Positions 13,301-28,300 of a DNA stretch of 64,000 nucleotides are shown here, piece after piece. The DNA lies in contig NMRA01000170.1 in the NCBI GenBank assembly GCA_002633005.1, forward strand, positions 712,730 to 776,729, written 5' to 3'. The position numbers were made by a program, and so were the translations under genes. Origin of the DNA: Phoronis australis. Taxonomy: Eukaryota; Animalia; Phoronida. Numbering within the stretch: position 1 is the first letter of the stretch; every line of letters starts with the position of its first letter. The notes below the pieces were generated by a model that was not told where the DNA came from, searched no databases, and saw only the letters and a list, made by a program, of their open reading frames with translations.

Positions 13301-16300
13301 ACCCTGAAACACCGTGATCAACATGTTGTTCATGTACGGATACAAAATATTCAACCAATAGCGAAATCTTTTCATTCTCAGAGGTTGAATATCTGGCTCT
13401 TATTTCTGAACACTTTGTTCATGTACAGATACAAAATATTCAACCAATAGCGACATCTTATTCATGCCCAGAGATTGATTAGCTGTCTCTTATTTCAACA
13501 CTTTGTTCATGTACAGGCACTGAACATTCAGCAAATCTCAACATTTTCTTCTTGCGCAGGGTCTGAACATTCTCTTGAACACCTGTAACCTGGATATTTC
13601 ATCACATTATACTCATTTTGCTGATCACGTGACGTGTGCTTCTCTGAAGAATGAAGATGCAGTTGCTGTTGTTAACAGAAGGTTTGTTGATATAATTTGG
13701 TCTATGTTGGCTGAGTGTGTACTTTGGACCTAATAACAGGTTTTGTTGAATGGTGTGTGTTGCCTGTATGTGTACTCTGGGTCTAATGACATTAAGTCAC
13801 TATGGATTGTGCCTTGTTTAGATTTTGCAGGCCATGGAGTACATTACAATAGCAACTGCAATGTGAAGAGTTACATTCTTTTCAAGACTGTACAAAAGCT
13901 GATTTTTTCCCACAATGACGAACTGCATGGGAAACTTTAGAATACAAGTTCTTAATGAATTTAAACCGGTACTTTTTCCTTTGTGTGGGCAGACTCAGGA
14001 AAGAAGCCAGATAAGTCAAACAAGACAGAAAATGCACCCGTGATAAGTGCAGTTTTTGACACGTGTGCTTTTTGGAAGGACGGCAGATGTGGAAAGTCAT
14101 GTTGACTTGAAAATTCTTTCAAGTTTTAATTTTTTGTGTATATATTTCTGTTGGAGGAGGGTATGGGGAACTTCGTGAAAATTTTCAAGGACAGGAAGTC
14201 ATTGGCTTTTTTGTAGAAATTCAGCGAATGCACTGGACTTATAGTATCAAGTTGGTTTTAACATTTTTATCTTAAGAGCTTTTTTGTCTACTTGTGCACT
14301 TATTTTACATAAATGCATATAAACAGTATTTTTTATCTGTTGGCAATGTTAACCTTCATTTTAACATTCCATGTATATCTCAGTGAATGTAAATTGTCAT
14401 CTTTAATTTAACATAAGATTCCAAATCTCAATAGCAATGTTATCTGTCATCTTAACGTTTCTACTATACCGTAATAACACTGTTAACTATTTTAACATTA
14501 GGTATGTCCTCAATAGCAATCATGTTTGCTGTAATCTTAACATTCCAAGTATATCTCAGTATTATTTAACTGTCATCTTTTAAGATGTATGTTAAAACAT
14601 TCCGAGTATAACTCAGTAAAAATTTTAGCTGTTATCTTAACATTCTAATTATACCCTAGTAACATTGTTGTTTCATTGTTATTTAGGTGTTTATGCAGCT
14701 TAGCAAGAGAGATTGGCTTCACTGACCAGGCAACGGATATCTTCACATTACAAGACTCGCTAGGATTCTACCAGCACGTGGTATGACTGGTACTTCAGCC
14801 TACACATTCAAATATCTTATGACAAAATAATTAGACTCATATTTGCAATGGAGTTTTGGTTCTGGTCTCTACCCAGACACATTTTTAGTACGATTGAAGA
14901 ACACTCCCACCTTTAACAATTATGCGAAAGTCTCGTTTTTTACAAACTGTGCAGAGGCACCTAAGCAAGGGTTAGCGAGGTTTGAAATGCCATGATTTGG
15001 CAAGCAATGACTTAAACAACCACAAAAAGCATGCATATTTTCCTAAGATTTTGTGCAGAACTTTGCAAAAGCTGCATAATATATTTGTCTTTTGTGGAAA
15101 ATTTGCAGTTTTCTTTGCAGAACTTCCACTTGGCAAAGACATATTTCTAAGTAAGAAAACACAAAATGGAGAGCAATAGATAGGCAGAGTACAGAAAGTA
15201 ATGCGATTAGCCGTGTCTGGAATATGATGTTCCAAAGTTAGCTACAATTTGGACATTTTTCTAGGGTCTTATATACAATCGATAAACTGCAGTCAGTGGT
15301 TTTGTATACACTCTACATTATCATGATGTTACTTCAAAGTCATTGTCTAGTTATCTGTTGTTCCCTTGTATTAGTCCAGTGTATGTGAAGTGTCCAGTGC
15401 TGACTTTTGTCTTTCTCTTTACCCCCTTGTTCTAGAGTAACAGAAGTGCCCATCAGGTCACCATCTCCCCCATTCCCTTGCCTCTTGTTCTAGAATGACA
15501 GGAGTGCCCATCGGGTCACCATATTCGCATTCCCTTGCCCCCTTGTGACAGGAGTGCCCGTCAGTTCACCATCTCGCCATTCCGTTGCTGCCTTGTTCTA
15601 GAGTGACAGGAGTGCTCATTAGTCCACCATGTCCCCATACCCTTGCCCCTTGTTCTGGAGCTACAGTAGTGCCCAAAAGTTCACCAGATGTCTCCTACAT
15701 CCACTTGTCACCATGTTCCAGAGTGCCACAATGGCTCATAATCACCTTCCTGTTCCTCTGCCCAGAATGACATTAGGAACCATCAGTTCACCGTGTTCCT
15801 GCTATATTGTTAGTTAGCTTCTGAATAGTTGAATGTAGTTGTGTTTTGTTCAGAACTAACCACATGGTTTGTTTTCATGTAATCATTTCTTGCTGTTCCA
15901 GAGTGAGAAGAGTTCCCATCAGTTCACCTCCCACTCTTTCTCCAAACACAGAGTTCCCATGCCCAACATCATGTCTGTTCTGCAACAGGACACATCTGCA
16001 GGTATTTTGTGTAATGTTATTCATTGTGTTCCAATAAAGGGAGGAGATGTAGTGATTAGTATCGTCACCGGGTGTCATAGTTGTTTACGTGATATCTGCA
16101 CACGTTAGAGTATGTCTGTTCCATCCATGCAGTTTGTTAACTAACAAAATGACATAATTGGCTAAGAACTGTCATCTGGTTACATCAATTCGCATATCAT
16201 TACAAAGACAGTAAAATTTACGAAAGAATCCGCTGGGGGCTTTCTTGGAAATCTCCGGTAGTAAGAGTCGAGTGAGGCCATACAGGTTTGGTCGCTGATC

Positions 16301-19300
16301 TAGTCCACCATGTCCCCTGATCCAGGTTTGGTCACTGACCCAGGTTTGGTCACAGATCCAGGTTTGGTCACTGACCCAGGTTTGGTTACTGAGCCATGTT
16401 TGGTCACTGATCCAGGTTTGGTCATTGAGCCAGGTTTGGTCACTGACCCAGGTTTGGGCAATGACCCAGGCTTGCGAACTGACCCAGTTTTTCCCAGCCA
16501 TGGTAGTGTTATCAGAATTATGAAAGGATGATCCACGAATAACAACTGATATTCAGTCTTCATATTTCTGTTTTCTTCTCCAGCCACAAAATCACTCACA
16601 GTCTGTACTATTGAGCAAGGTTCAAGCTGCAGCCAGTTATTAATTTATTTAGTGGTCTAATGTACGAGTTTCTTTTTGATGGTCTACATGCCTAGTGGCT
16701 TTAAAAGTCAAAATCAATGTCTTCTTCAAATTAAGACATTTGACATCTATTCCTCCTGAATAATACCAAATTCTCTTACTTTCCAGGAACCTGTCACTTG
16801 TTTTCCCAAGGAACTGCTGACATATTGTTAGAATGTTGTTCTGATTTCTGGAATGGAAGTGAGATTTTGCCTCTGACGCCGTCCGACAGGTAACTTCATG
16901 TAATAAATGTTGTACCCTAAAGACAACATTTCTAGTTATAGTTGAATGGTATCCCAATGCAGATGATAAAATCTTTAAAAAATTTCGGATAAAATTAATT
17001 GCCTAAATTGATGTTGATTTTGGGATGATTCTGAATACTGTTGCATCCGCTTGTGGCAATTTATGTTTTCTGTGCAAATGTTTCTTTGTCTATCAAGTTT
17101 CTTGATGGGTGCTCACGAAATTTGGCAATAAGGCAGTAGTTTCTTTCTAGGAGACGACAGTACTTGTCTTGTTTTAGATGGAGTTGACTTAGTGGCTTCT
17201 TTATTTTATATGTTACTTGTTGCTTCTAACCACCTCTAGAAGCAGACCCTTTGCGATGCAGTCATGAGTGCATTTCAACGCTCTTCAGTCTTGTTAAAAT
17301 TTTCAGGAAAAAGATTCTTGACTTCTACCACCGTACCAGTATGTCCTCTTACTGCACGGCGTATGCTTACCGTCCAGTGATGCAGACGATATGTGAAGGT
17401 GCGCCAGACGTCTACATAGAGTTACCTCCAACATTGGAGAGCTCACCTCTGCATCACAACAGAAGGTATTTTTGTGTCGTTCTATGGTCACATTAGTCAT
17501 CAGTGCCAAGGATCTGTGAAAGAGCTTTCACCAAGATAAAGCCCCCATGGGGGATCTTTCGAAAACAAAGTTCAAAAAAGTTCAGTGAGGTCATCTTGCA
17601 TGTTTGGTTGTTGTCAAAATCTTGCTACCAAGATGTTGCTATTTTCTCAATTTTTTATCTTTAAAAGGGCTGTTGAAGGGTTTCAAATTGATCACGTGTT
17701 TACAGACTTTTGTTGTAGAAACCGCACTAATATCGAAATGAAACTTTCTTGCAGCATACCTTAAAAATCCTCGACTGAATGAGAGTGCTAAGAGCAGCCA
17801 TACGGTACAAGTTTTTGAAAAAGAAACTCCTGCAGGCTTCAACTTACACTTTTTGTAAAAAATTTAGATAATTATTTTGATATTTTCCTGTTATCAGGAA
17901 TAAGACAAGCTGGGTGCTCGTGCCGACTTGCAGTTACCCCTTTGATGCGAGTATCATTGTCCAGCACTCGTGTCGATGAGCAGTGCAAATTACTGTTACA
18001 CCTTTGATGCGGATACCTATGCTGTATTCGGTAAACCACTTACTTGTTTTAACACTCAAAAAAGCTCTTAAAAGAGCTTTTTTGAGTGTTTTTGGTGTCT
18101 GTGAAAGCTGTGAAGGTAACTCGCGAGATTCAGTTTGTTTCTATGGAATATTAGCTCATTCTTTTTCAAGGAACAATGAAAGCAAATTTGAAAGTGGTAT
18201 GTTGTGATACAAAATGTGATGGCCAGCAAGTTTAGAAACAGAAATTGGCTCACTGTCTACTCATCTCGTGTGTTTCAGCTTCCCTTCTACAGTGTTCAAT
18301 GGTGTCCATGACCACAAGATAATGGAGTCATTCCACAGTTTGGACTCGCTGTTGGACACAACCAGTGACCATCTTGTGGACCGTGTGGACAAATGTTATG
18401 AGATTCAGAAGAACCAGGTGTTCATAGGAATGGTCACCATGCAATATCAAACTAAACAGGTATCAGTAGTGGTAATCATTGACCCAAAGATGAGGGGATT
18501 TAGTCATTTTAGGCGTGATTCTGTCTGTGTATCCATGTGTTTATGTCATTCCATCCGTGTGTCCATGGTTTGGTGTCATTTCATTAATGTGTCCATTGGT
18601 AAGCGCCATTCGATCTGTGTATCTGTGGGTTGGCGTCACTATATACGTGTGTCTGTGGGTAGGCGTCATTCCATCCATGTGTCTGTGGGTAGGCGTCATT
18701 CCATCCGTGAGTCTGGGTTGCCATCACTCCATGCGTGTCTGCAGGTAGGCGTCACTCCATCCGCGTGTCCTTGGGGAGACGTCATTCCATCCGTGTGTCT
18801 AGGTTGGCATCATTCCATCCATTTAATTTGTAAAAATTGCTGTGTGCGATATATCAAAGTTGCATTGCAATGTTTTCTTGTTAATTGGCCTTCCAACAAA
18901 ACCAAGATGAATATACCCGATATAACTTGGTCTGGGAAGCCATTGTCCACTACCACAGCATGCACTTCAGTGTTCTACTTTGCTTCAAAGAGTTTCCTAA
19001 AACCAAGTTTTTCAATGAAGAACAGCTAGAGTAGATAATGTCATATCCATCCTATTCAATGAAAGGCTGTCTGACTACAAATTGTCTTATCCGTGTTTGG
19101 TGGGCTGGAGTCATAAACAATTCTCTCTGTTAAATTAATCAGCTGTAGGGCTTTGGTGTCACAGTTACGCTTGCGTCTCTAAAAATTGTTACGGGATAGT
19201 GTTTTCAACACTACAAAATAAATGTATAATCACCTTAAGTTGATACAAAACTGTAAATATAGCAAGTGATGCTGTGTGAGCATTGTTTCATCATGCTTAT

Positions 19301-22300
19301 ACAATGAATATAATATCATTGTAGGATATGATTCAGATGATAGATGGATTGGAGAAAGCCTGTATCAGATTTGTGCATTTCTCAAATGAAAATGAACTTC
19401 GTAGCCGTGTAAGTATGTTGGCAAATTTGTTAATTGGTTTATGTTCGTAATTGATTAAAGATGCTTGTACTGTTTGTGGTGAAGCATCTTGCACAATTTC
19501 TAATTATCGTAATGTGTCAGATATTTGGTTCTATTCATTGCCATTGTTAAAAAGCTGGTTGAAGTAAGGGCCCTCGCTAACAGGTCCAGGGGTCTTGACT
19601 AGAGGGACTGTCACCCAGGATCAGTGTCTCCTGAACCCACTTTCTAACTGGGAGAGCCTATACATTCCTCCAACTCGGTGTCACTCGACTTATACACTGT
19701 ACCAGTCCTTAGTCTGAGTAGCTATGTACTGCACCAATCCTGAGTCTGAGGCGCCCTGTACTGCACCAATCATGGGTCTCAAGAGCCCTGTACTCCACCA
19801 ATCATGGGTCTCAAGAGCCCTGTACTGCACCAATCATGGGTCTCAAAAGCACTGTACTGCACCAATCCTGAGTCTGAGGAGCACTGCACTACACCAATCC
19901 GTAGGCTCAAGAGCCCTGCTCTGCACCAGTCCTGAGTCTGAGGAACTATCATTACACACTCCACTAATTAATCATTAGTCAGGAGCTATACACTGCACCA
20001 ATGTACAGTCAAAGGAACTATACACTGGACTAATCCTTAGTCACAAGAGCTACACACAGCACTAACCTGAGGGCATAAGATCAATGCTCTAACCAAATAT
20101 CAGAAGAGCTCTGCTTTGATTAGTCATTACTTATAAGAACTCTGATATGATTAATCATTAGCTCCACTCTGATCAATAGATATTTAGACGACCTCTGCAC
20201 CGTACCAATCATGACTCAAAAGCTCGCTGGAATTCCAACTAATTTTTTTCTTTTTCTCCAGGTTTTCTCTGAGAAGATGGGTTTGGAAGCAGGCTGGAAT
20301 TGTCACATTTCATTATCAAACGAGCATACTTCTGGTAGGAGTCGTCATGTATCAGACAGTGAGAAACACAGAAGTCGTATGTCAGTTCACACAATCACAG
20401 GTCAAGACATTGGTGCTTGTGAAATCCTATGGAACCACTCTGTTAAGCGTGTGGATAAACTCAGATCCAGGTGCCTCAGTGCGCCCACTGTTATTTGCCG
20501 TGTCAGCAAACCCAAACTAAGACATTCTGTAGAGACTCGAAAATTTCCGTGGAAACATTTGAATACATTGAGCATACAGTCAGAAGAGTCACCGAGTAAG
20601 AAAGTGACATACCATCACGGGAAATCTTTAGAATTTATGGACCGCCCTGGGCGTAAGCCAGTCGATGAGGACCAGAGGGAGCCACTTGTTGGTGAGGATG
20701 CCGAGTCTATGGACAGTCTTTTAGAAGATACAAGTCTACTACATGCGTTAAAGACAGTGAGGCAGTCAGGAAGTCGGGAAACTACGAATACTGACAGTTT
20801 ATCGGGCTTAGATACTCTTAATAGAGTAAGTGACTGAATTTCAGGGTTAGATACTCTTAATAGAGTAAGTGACTCATTGCCAGGGTTACATGCTTTTAAT
20901 GTATTTAGTGACCTACTTTCTAGATTAGATACTCTCAATAGAGTAAGTGAGCGACTGTCTGGGTTATGTACTCTCAATATTGTTGGTGACTGATTGTCAG
21001 ATTTAGACACTCTCAATTTATAGTAAGGGACTGACTGTCAGGTTTAGATACTCTCAATATATAGTAAGGGACCAACTGTCAGGTTTAGATACTCTTAATG
21101 TAGTAAGGGACTGACTGTCATTTTTAGATACTCTCATATAGTCAGGATTAGGTACTCTTAATAGTGTAAAGGACTAAATGGGATCTGTTAATGTGTAAAT
21201 CCAACCAAATTATTTCTTAAAAATATTGAGTGATACTAACCCAGATGTGGGTGCTTCTTCTCTGCTGCAGATGTCGATAGCATTTGGGTGCACCCTCTTC
21301 TCTAGCAAATGTTTGGAAGACTTGTGTGCACCTTGTTCTCTGGCAGAATATTAGGGAATTTTGGGAGCACCCTCTTCAGCAGATGTTTGTTGGACTTGGT
21401 TGCGCCTCTTTCAGCAAAAATTCTACATATTGATCAGCGTTGGTTTGTTACTTTTTGTATCTGTATTGATATTCTTACGAAATCCTGTTTTGTGAGCCAG
21501 TATCCTGCTGTTGATACAATTTACTGTAGACTGGCAATTCACAACCTCATTTTGATCTGATTGATAATTTTCTGACTTACTATATGCTCACTACATTACA
21601 GGCTAAGCTGCCCAAAGGTATAGAGAACATTCGTCCTCACTTGGATCTTGTTGATAACGTGCCTTTGTTGGTGTCGCTGTTCACCGACTGCACATCAGAG
21701 AGTAAGCATGTCAAACTACCTCTGGTTAATAGTTGATCACGTGTTGTGAAATAATTTGTCTTATGGTCACTGTAACTTTTATCGTTACTACCTTGCTTGT
21801 TATACATTCTCTGTATGGGTGTCCGCCAGCCCCTGTAGGATTGTAATCAAATGTGGCAGGGGAGGTTCCTATGAATCCAGCAAGAGATGATGGCAACTTT
21901 CTGACAGATCCGATTACTGAATATGTACCTCTAGTGTCGTTTTTTTTCAATTTATCTCTGTAGTATGACATATAAATAGACTAAGTTCAACAGTTTTTAT
22001 CAGCCATGTTTTGTTAATGTGTCTGCTGATTATCTCAAGAACTGCTTGACAGATTTTGATAAATTTTGAGTCAGAGGTATGTCGTGTCAATGGTCTGGAA
22101 CCTGTTCATTTCCTGGTAGATACGACAGCCGTGGCACCAGCTGTTGGCCATTTTAGGTTTCACTGTGAAATTCTGTGTCGGCCAAGTTTTCAGTTGATAA
22201 AACAACTTGGAAATTTTTTGCCAAAATTTGATGCACAGTTATGTGGTGGCAATGTTCAACACAGATGGATTCATCTACCCTGACACCACCTGTTCAGTTT

Positions 22301-25300
22301 TTTGCTCTCAACAAGAACTTTTTTGTAAAAAATGCAAATTGCACTTTTAAAGCAAGATGGTTCACTAATGACATCCTATCAGTTATCTTACGAGCATTTC
22401 CCGTACTTGTTGGATAACACAGTTGGGATAACAGCAGTATTGAGATAAGGGCATTATTGGGATAACAGCACAAGAACAATGTTGGATAACAGCCTTGTTG
22501 GGATAAGGACAATGTTCAGATAACAGCAATAATGGGATAACAGAAGTGTTGGGATAATGGCAATGTTAGGGATAAAGGCAATGTTGAAAGCCCTTATGGT
22601 CAATCATGTGCCATCACTGTGAGCAAACAGAGGCTTACAACTATTGCAGTGTAACCTTCATATGGTAAGAAGGCAGATCTGTCGGCAGATTTGTGGGCAG
22701 ACAATGAAGAAGGCAGATTTGGGGACAGACAACACAGAGGTGGATTTGACATTTGACGTGGTTGTGAAATTCTTTCAGGCAATAGATCTGCCTTCAGACT
22801 GGATGGGTTTTGACTGCTGTATAAATGAGCGGAAAGCGTAGAAAATGAAGTTTTTCTTGGTTAGTTTATGATGTACTGTTACTGGTAAAGTTTTTCAACA
22901 TTCTTGGCAATTTTGTGGCTCCTCATAACATCCCAATAGGGGGCATAGGCAGATTTTTGGGAAGCAAGGGGTCCGGTCTCTACGGGTACAACATGCTTTT
23001 TAGGGCCTATTGGGAATTTTTTCATTGAAAATTGTGGTTGTCCCTCTCTCTTTCTTCATGACCTATGTCCACCTAGATTTCTGAGTATTGACCCTAAGCA
23101 AAACTGGAACTGGTTTCATTCATTTGCAGCCACTCGGGAAATGATACGTATCATGCAAGAACATGGTGAGGTGGTCTGTTGCATCGGCAGTGACGCAAGC
23201 CTGCGTAATGTTGGTATTTTTGTACAGGCTGATGTCAGGTGAGACAATACTTAGTTAGCCATTCATAAATTGTTGGCTTTTTAATAAGTTCTTTGCTGTA
23301 AGTTTTGTTGATAATATGCATCATTTTTTTTTTGCTTTTTTGTTTTTTACCATCACATGAAGGAAATGCTGTCATTTTTTCAGTTCCTTTTGAAGGTATG
23401 CCAGATATAATGCTTCCTAGTGCTTTCTGGGCTTCGTCTCCAATTATTGCACATTATATTTTTGGTAATAAGGATTAAAAAAGTACAACCCAATTCAAAA
23501 CTGTATGGAATTTGCGAGGTATTAAAGATGTATTTGCATACCCCTAACTATGCTAATGTATAGCGGGAAATAAATGGCAATGCTATTTGAACATCTGCGC
23601 TAAACAAAGTGTAGTTGTATTCACTGACAACTTGTAAAATGTGAAAACAAAAAATTCTGCAAATAGGTGACCTTTGCACTAATGATGTACCTGGCTGGCT
23701 TACATAGCTCATCATACACTGTTATTCACCAGCACCATGTCATGATTTTTACTGGATACGGTTCAGTGGTTTAGGGAGGATCATTTTCGCCTCAAAACTC
23801 TTTCTTAAAAACATTTTGGCAATTTTCAATCTACTTCAAATTCACATCGTCACATTATGTTGTGTTTCTTACTAATTTGGCCATTGAAGCAGAGACAGAG
23901 ATAAGGAATAAGTGTGCAATTTTCCACTTGAAGATCAGTCAGTAAGCACTCTATTGTTGGGTTATACTAAAAAATTGATTATGGCTCAGGAGGCCTAAAG
24001 AGAGAAGACTTTGCTGTGCATGTTTTTTCAGATCTCTTTTATTCCGCCATAGTTAACCAATTTTTGTCACTGAAAGACTGGAAGGGCTCAACTGTTAATG
24101 ATGATTGCAGTGCTAAAAATGGTCTGAACTATGACAATTTAACTGTAGACAGTGCTGTTCCGTCATCCCCAAACAAAAGAGACCAGACATAAAAGTCCAG
24201 AAGCTGTCGTAATTAACCCTTAAGGTGCTTTCAAATAAATTAATGGTGATGATTGGTAAATGAGATATAGTGCGCCATGGTAACTGAGGTAATCAGAACT
24301 CTTCAATATCTTCCAGCTTTGCCCTGACTCCACTCTTCCCTCACGTTTGTTCAAAACAGCCGGCCATGTTGACCCCATGGGACGAGAATGACCCTTCTCC
24401 GATGGACGTCAACGCCATGTTGAATAGCATTGCATGTCCATTGAGATTCAAGATTTCAGATAATGTCAGCGTACTGGAACTCATCTGTGAGGTACATTTA
24501 AGACTACTTATAGAATATGTATTGGGTATTTTTTAACCAGAATATGGTGGTCTTGCTAGAACTAAAATGTCAATTCTCATGTCTTATATGCATTGTCAAA
24601 GTTCTGTTGTTTTGTATTGTTTGCATTAATTGCTTAAGATTATGGCAAACCTTATTTAGGGTCCTTTACTTTAAGCCAGTTACTAAAAACTGGATTACTC
24701 CAAACAAAAGTTGTTCGACAGAAACTGAGAAATAGTGATATACATGATGATCCTTGAAACTCCAAGGTTTTCATTCCATGCCTTCTATAAAACAAGTACT
24801 GCTTAACACAACTTACTCATTCATTTACTTTGTTATTTAAGTCATCTTTTAACTGTAAATGTCAATTGAATATGTGTTTCATATACTTATCTAATTACCA
24901 CCAAACGGTTGTATCGGAATCGTTCAGAGTCCTGGCTCAATATAGGTCAATGTTGCATTGTGATTCACTCCATATGAAACGTGCATGAGGCTGAATCTCA
25001 CAAAACTGATTATGATGATCGAAAATAGAAATTGAATATCTGTGATTAAAGGACACTCTGAGTGAGAGATCGAAATGGCAAAACGTCAAATGACAGATTA
25101 GTGGAATCAATGTGTTTAGTTGAAGATTTATCTTTAATCACAGATGCCTCTGTCTGCCAAATGACCGTGAGCGTCACGGTGTGGTGCATTGCTCATCAGT
25201 GCTATTTTTACGAAATGTTTGAGAATTGCTGCATGAGGACATAGCACTCAAAGTTAAATTTAAGTGGACTTATTTTGGCAATATTAAGAGCTCTATAGCT

Positions 25301-28300
25301 CACAATTTGCATTGCTTCGGCGTCAGTAACTCGTCACACTTATACATACAGGTGGGAGATTCGATTTAAGTTGGAGTACTTACAACCTTTAAACCTGGCT
25401 CTGTTGTGAATAAATATCTACATGGTTGAAGGGGGTGCTGCAAAATATATTTTTCTCTTACTATTATACTTTATAATTATTTGAATTTAACTGAGAATGG
25501 AGATGAGGTATTTTGCTAGACAAATGAGCAATACTACAAAAACAGACATTTTTTGTCAACCAGGTCCAACGTATCCTTAACATTCCCATGTTTTGAAACT
25601 TATCCAGACTGAACAGAGTCTACTGTCTCCTAGTAGATGCAGCGTTAAGAACATGAAATTGTCTTCTCTCCACCTAGGCACGTCATCTCATGGCATCTAT
25701 GCGTAACAGTCTGCTACTGATGTTCAGCTGTCTATTGACCTTGACCTTCATACAGGTGGTGGCCTCTTTTGGTCTGCCTCCACCACTTAGGGGTTATCAT
25801 GTGCTGTGGCTGTGCTGTTTCGTTGTGCCCCTGCTGAGCCTCACTGTGATGGGTGTTCCTAAGGACTCTGGCTGCATCACTCATGTACCCTATGGCAAGA
25901 ATAACCGCTTCATTAAGAAGAAGGTTTGTTTATATTCAACGAATATTCATAATGGTCTGTGAAAAATAATGAGCTGTATTAATATATTAATAAAATTGAA
26001 CTAACAGACTGTGCCAGATCATCCAGCTAAATAAGCTAGAGCTTTGGGTCCCACGCAATATTAGGGTCTTACCTTGTAGAAACTCGGTCCTACAACATGT
26101 ACACACCTCCACAACAGGAACACACCTCCATAGGCTCCATACGCCTCCATGCACAACAGCTACATGCCTACTCAACATGTACACACCTCCACACATGGAT
26201 GTGGTTGCTACAAGGGTAAAGAAACAACAAGAAATGTGAAAATTCTCATTTTCTGGCTCGTTACACCATGTTCCTCTGTGGTCACAGAAAGCAGAATTTG
26301 TCTTGCTCTTCATTCGTTTTTATCTGAACTTTGTCTGAAGACATAATGAATTGTCAATTCTTCCCGAGTCCAGAGATAACTTCTAGACTGAGTGAGAAAC
26401 AAGACACTACCAACGTTTCAACAGCTGAGTGACTTAAATAACAAATGCATTAACTTGCTGTTAATTAGTTCACGAATCATTTTTTGTAATGGTCACAAAA
26501 TTGAATCAAGGCATTGGACACTCGCCATTATGTGAAACGGATGTCCAACAGCAATAGTCATATTACCTAGTAAACAGCACTCAATTAACCTTTCAAGTGG
26601 AGAAAATGATGTCATTTTGTTGGCACATGAACAACAAGTAACTGTCAGTCTGTTCTAAAACCATTGTTTTCTTAGTGGTATTTTACCTTCTCACAAACTT
26701 CATTTCTTTTGCAGTATGTTGGCCAGTACTTGAAATCGTACATATTTCGCTTTCTCCCATCGTCAGCTGTGTGTCTGATCTGTTTCGGATTAACGCTGTA
26801 CAGCATGTGCGAGGCAAATACAGCAAAGACTGGTGGCGAATGTCATGCCCTCTTTGGTGCAATGTGAGCACTTCTAACTAATGTCATATTCTTTTTGATG
26901 CAATGTGTGGACTAATTATTGTCATGTCCTCTGTGGTGCAGTGCAAAAACTAATTAAAATCATTCTGTTTGTTGCATTATTTGTACTAATTAATGTCATG
27001 TCCTCTGTGGTGCAATGTGAGAACTAAATTTAATTAATATATTCTTATTTGTTACAATGTGTGTAGGACACCGTCCTCTCTGATGCATTATAAACGCCAT
27101 TATCAATCAACAGTGTTTTTAGGAAAAAGTAAGACAAGTATTACTTTATATGGTCTATCCTCTAGTCTAGAGATTATTGTCCACACTACTTTTGTTCAGA
27201 TTTTCTGCATCATTACAATTTCAAACACTCCACACTTTTGTCTCCATTTTAATAGTACCAAAACTTTTTATTTCTCTTCCATTTCATCCATTAAAAATCT
27301 TTCTAGAAATTTCCTTTTCCTCCTATTTAGGCTGTCAATTTTTACTTTTTAATGGCAGCACTTCTCAGAGTTTAAATAATGGTAAAAAATATAATGGGAC
27401 CGATTTCATGAGTCTCACTGTCACAGTAGAAGGCTTAATTTGATTTCTGTCTTTTCTAAACGGGGCAAAATGCAGCTTTAAATATCTAGTCTTATTGTTT
27501 CAGTAACTCTTCTGACTCTCACTGGAATGGCTGGACATCAGAGTATCGCGGTGACTTGACGCTGGCTCAGAACTGGCTGGTCTTTCAACTACTCCTCTAC
27601 TTTAGTACGTCTCTCCTACTACAATTTCCATTGTCTCCAGATGTTGACCTATGGCCTCATTCTCTTGCTTCTACTGAAGATGTAGCAGCTGACCTCGTGT
27701 TCCCTTGCCACATTTCTTTGGTCAAATGTGCCTAAATCATTTTGTAGTGGTCCTCTTTCACAAGCATTTTAATATTATGTTGAACTTAGTATTTGGAATG
27801 TTTTAAATACTATATTGATCACACATCATTCATTTTATAAGTAATGACAGCATTACTTATGTTGTTAATTGAAAAAAAATAACCTAATTCAAGTCAAGTA
27901 AGATAGGACATAGACACAAGTTTCAGAGCAATTACAATAACAACCAAGTTATCACACTGTTAAGCCTAGACCCCTCTCTGCTAAACATTAACCGATTTGT
28001 CTATTACACATACTTAGCAAAATTTTCTGCTAGTTTCGACATTTGGCGGTTTTGAACATAGATGCGTATAACTCTCTCAAAGTGTTTATGTTGGTGAAGG
28101 AAATAGAATCTCGTCACGATAAAGAGCATTTTGAGACTGATTTTGTGAAAGTAAAAGGCCCAAAGTGATTTTCATTTTAGTCAACTAAACAGAGCAAACT
28201 GCAGCTTTAAGTCATGCTGTTTGTTTTGGGAGACGGTGCAAATTAAAAAAATGCGTAATTTTTCTTCTAAGTTTTCCTTAATGGGAACCATCATGCTTAC

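Noticed and set aside
16172-16599. CRISPR-like or repeat-protein ORFs (SVTKPG, DQTWVS)
   Set aside because: Head-to-tail 18-bp units with no unique spacers and no cas genes, in a eukaryotic intron.
18460-19029. 3' extension of the 253-aa ORF
   Set aside because: TMEM94 similarity stops at the donor after 18459; the rest is read-through into a 30-bp minisatellite.
19690-20215. ~32-bp repeat of CRISPR-like length
   Set aside because: Contiguous tandem units without spacers; an ordinary minisatellite.
21815-21910. Possible intronic H/ACA snoRNA (CCCCTG..CAGGGG hairpin, ACA near the end)
   Set aside because: No convincing H box or second hairpin by eye; needs an Infernal/Rfam search.
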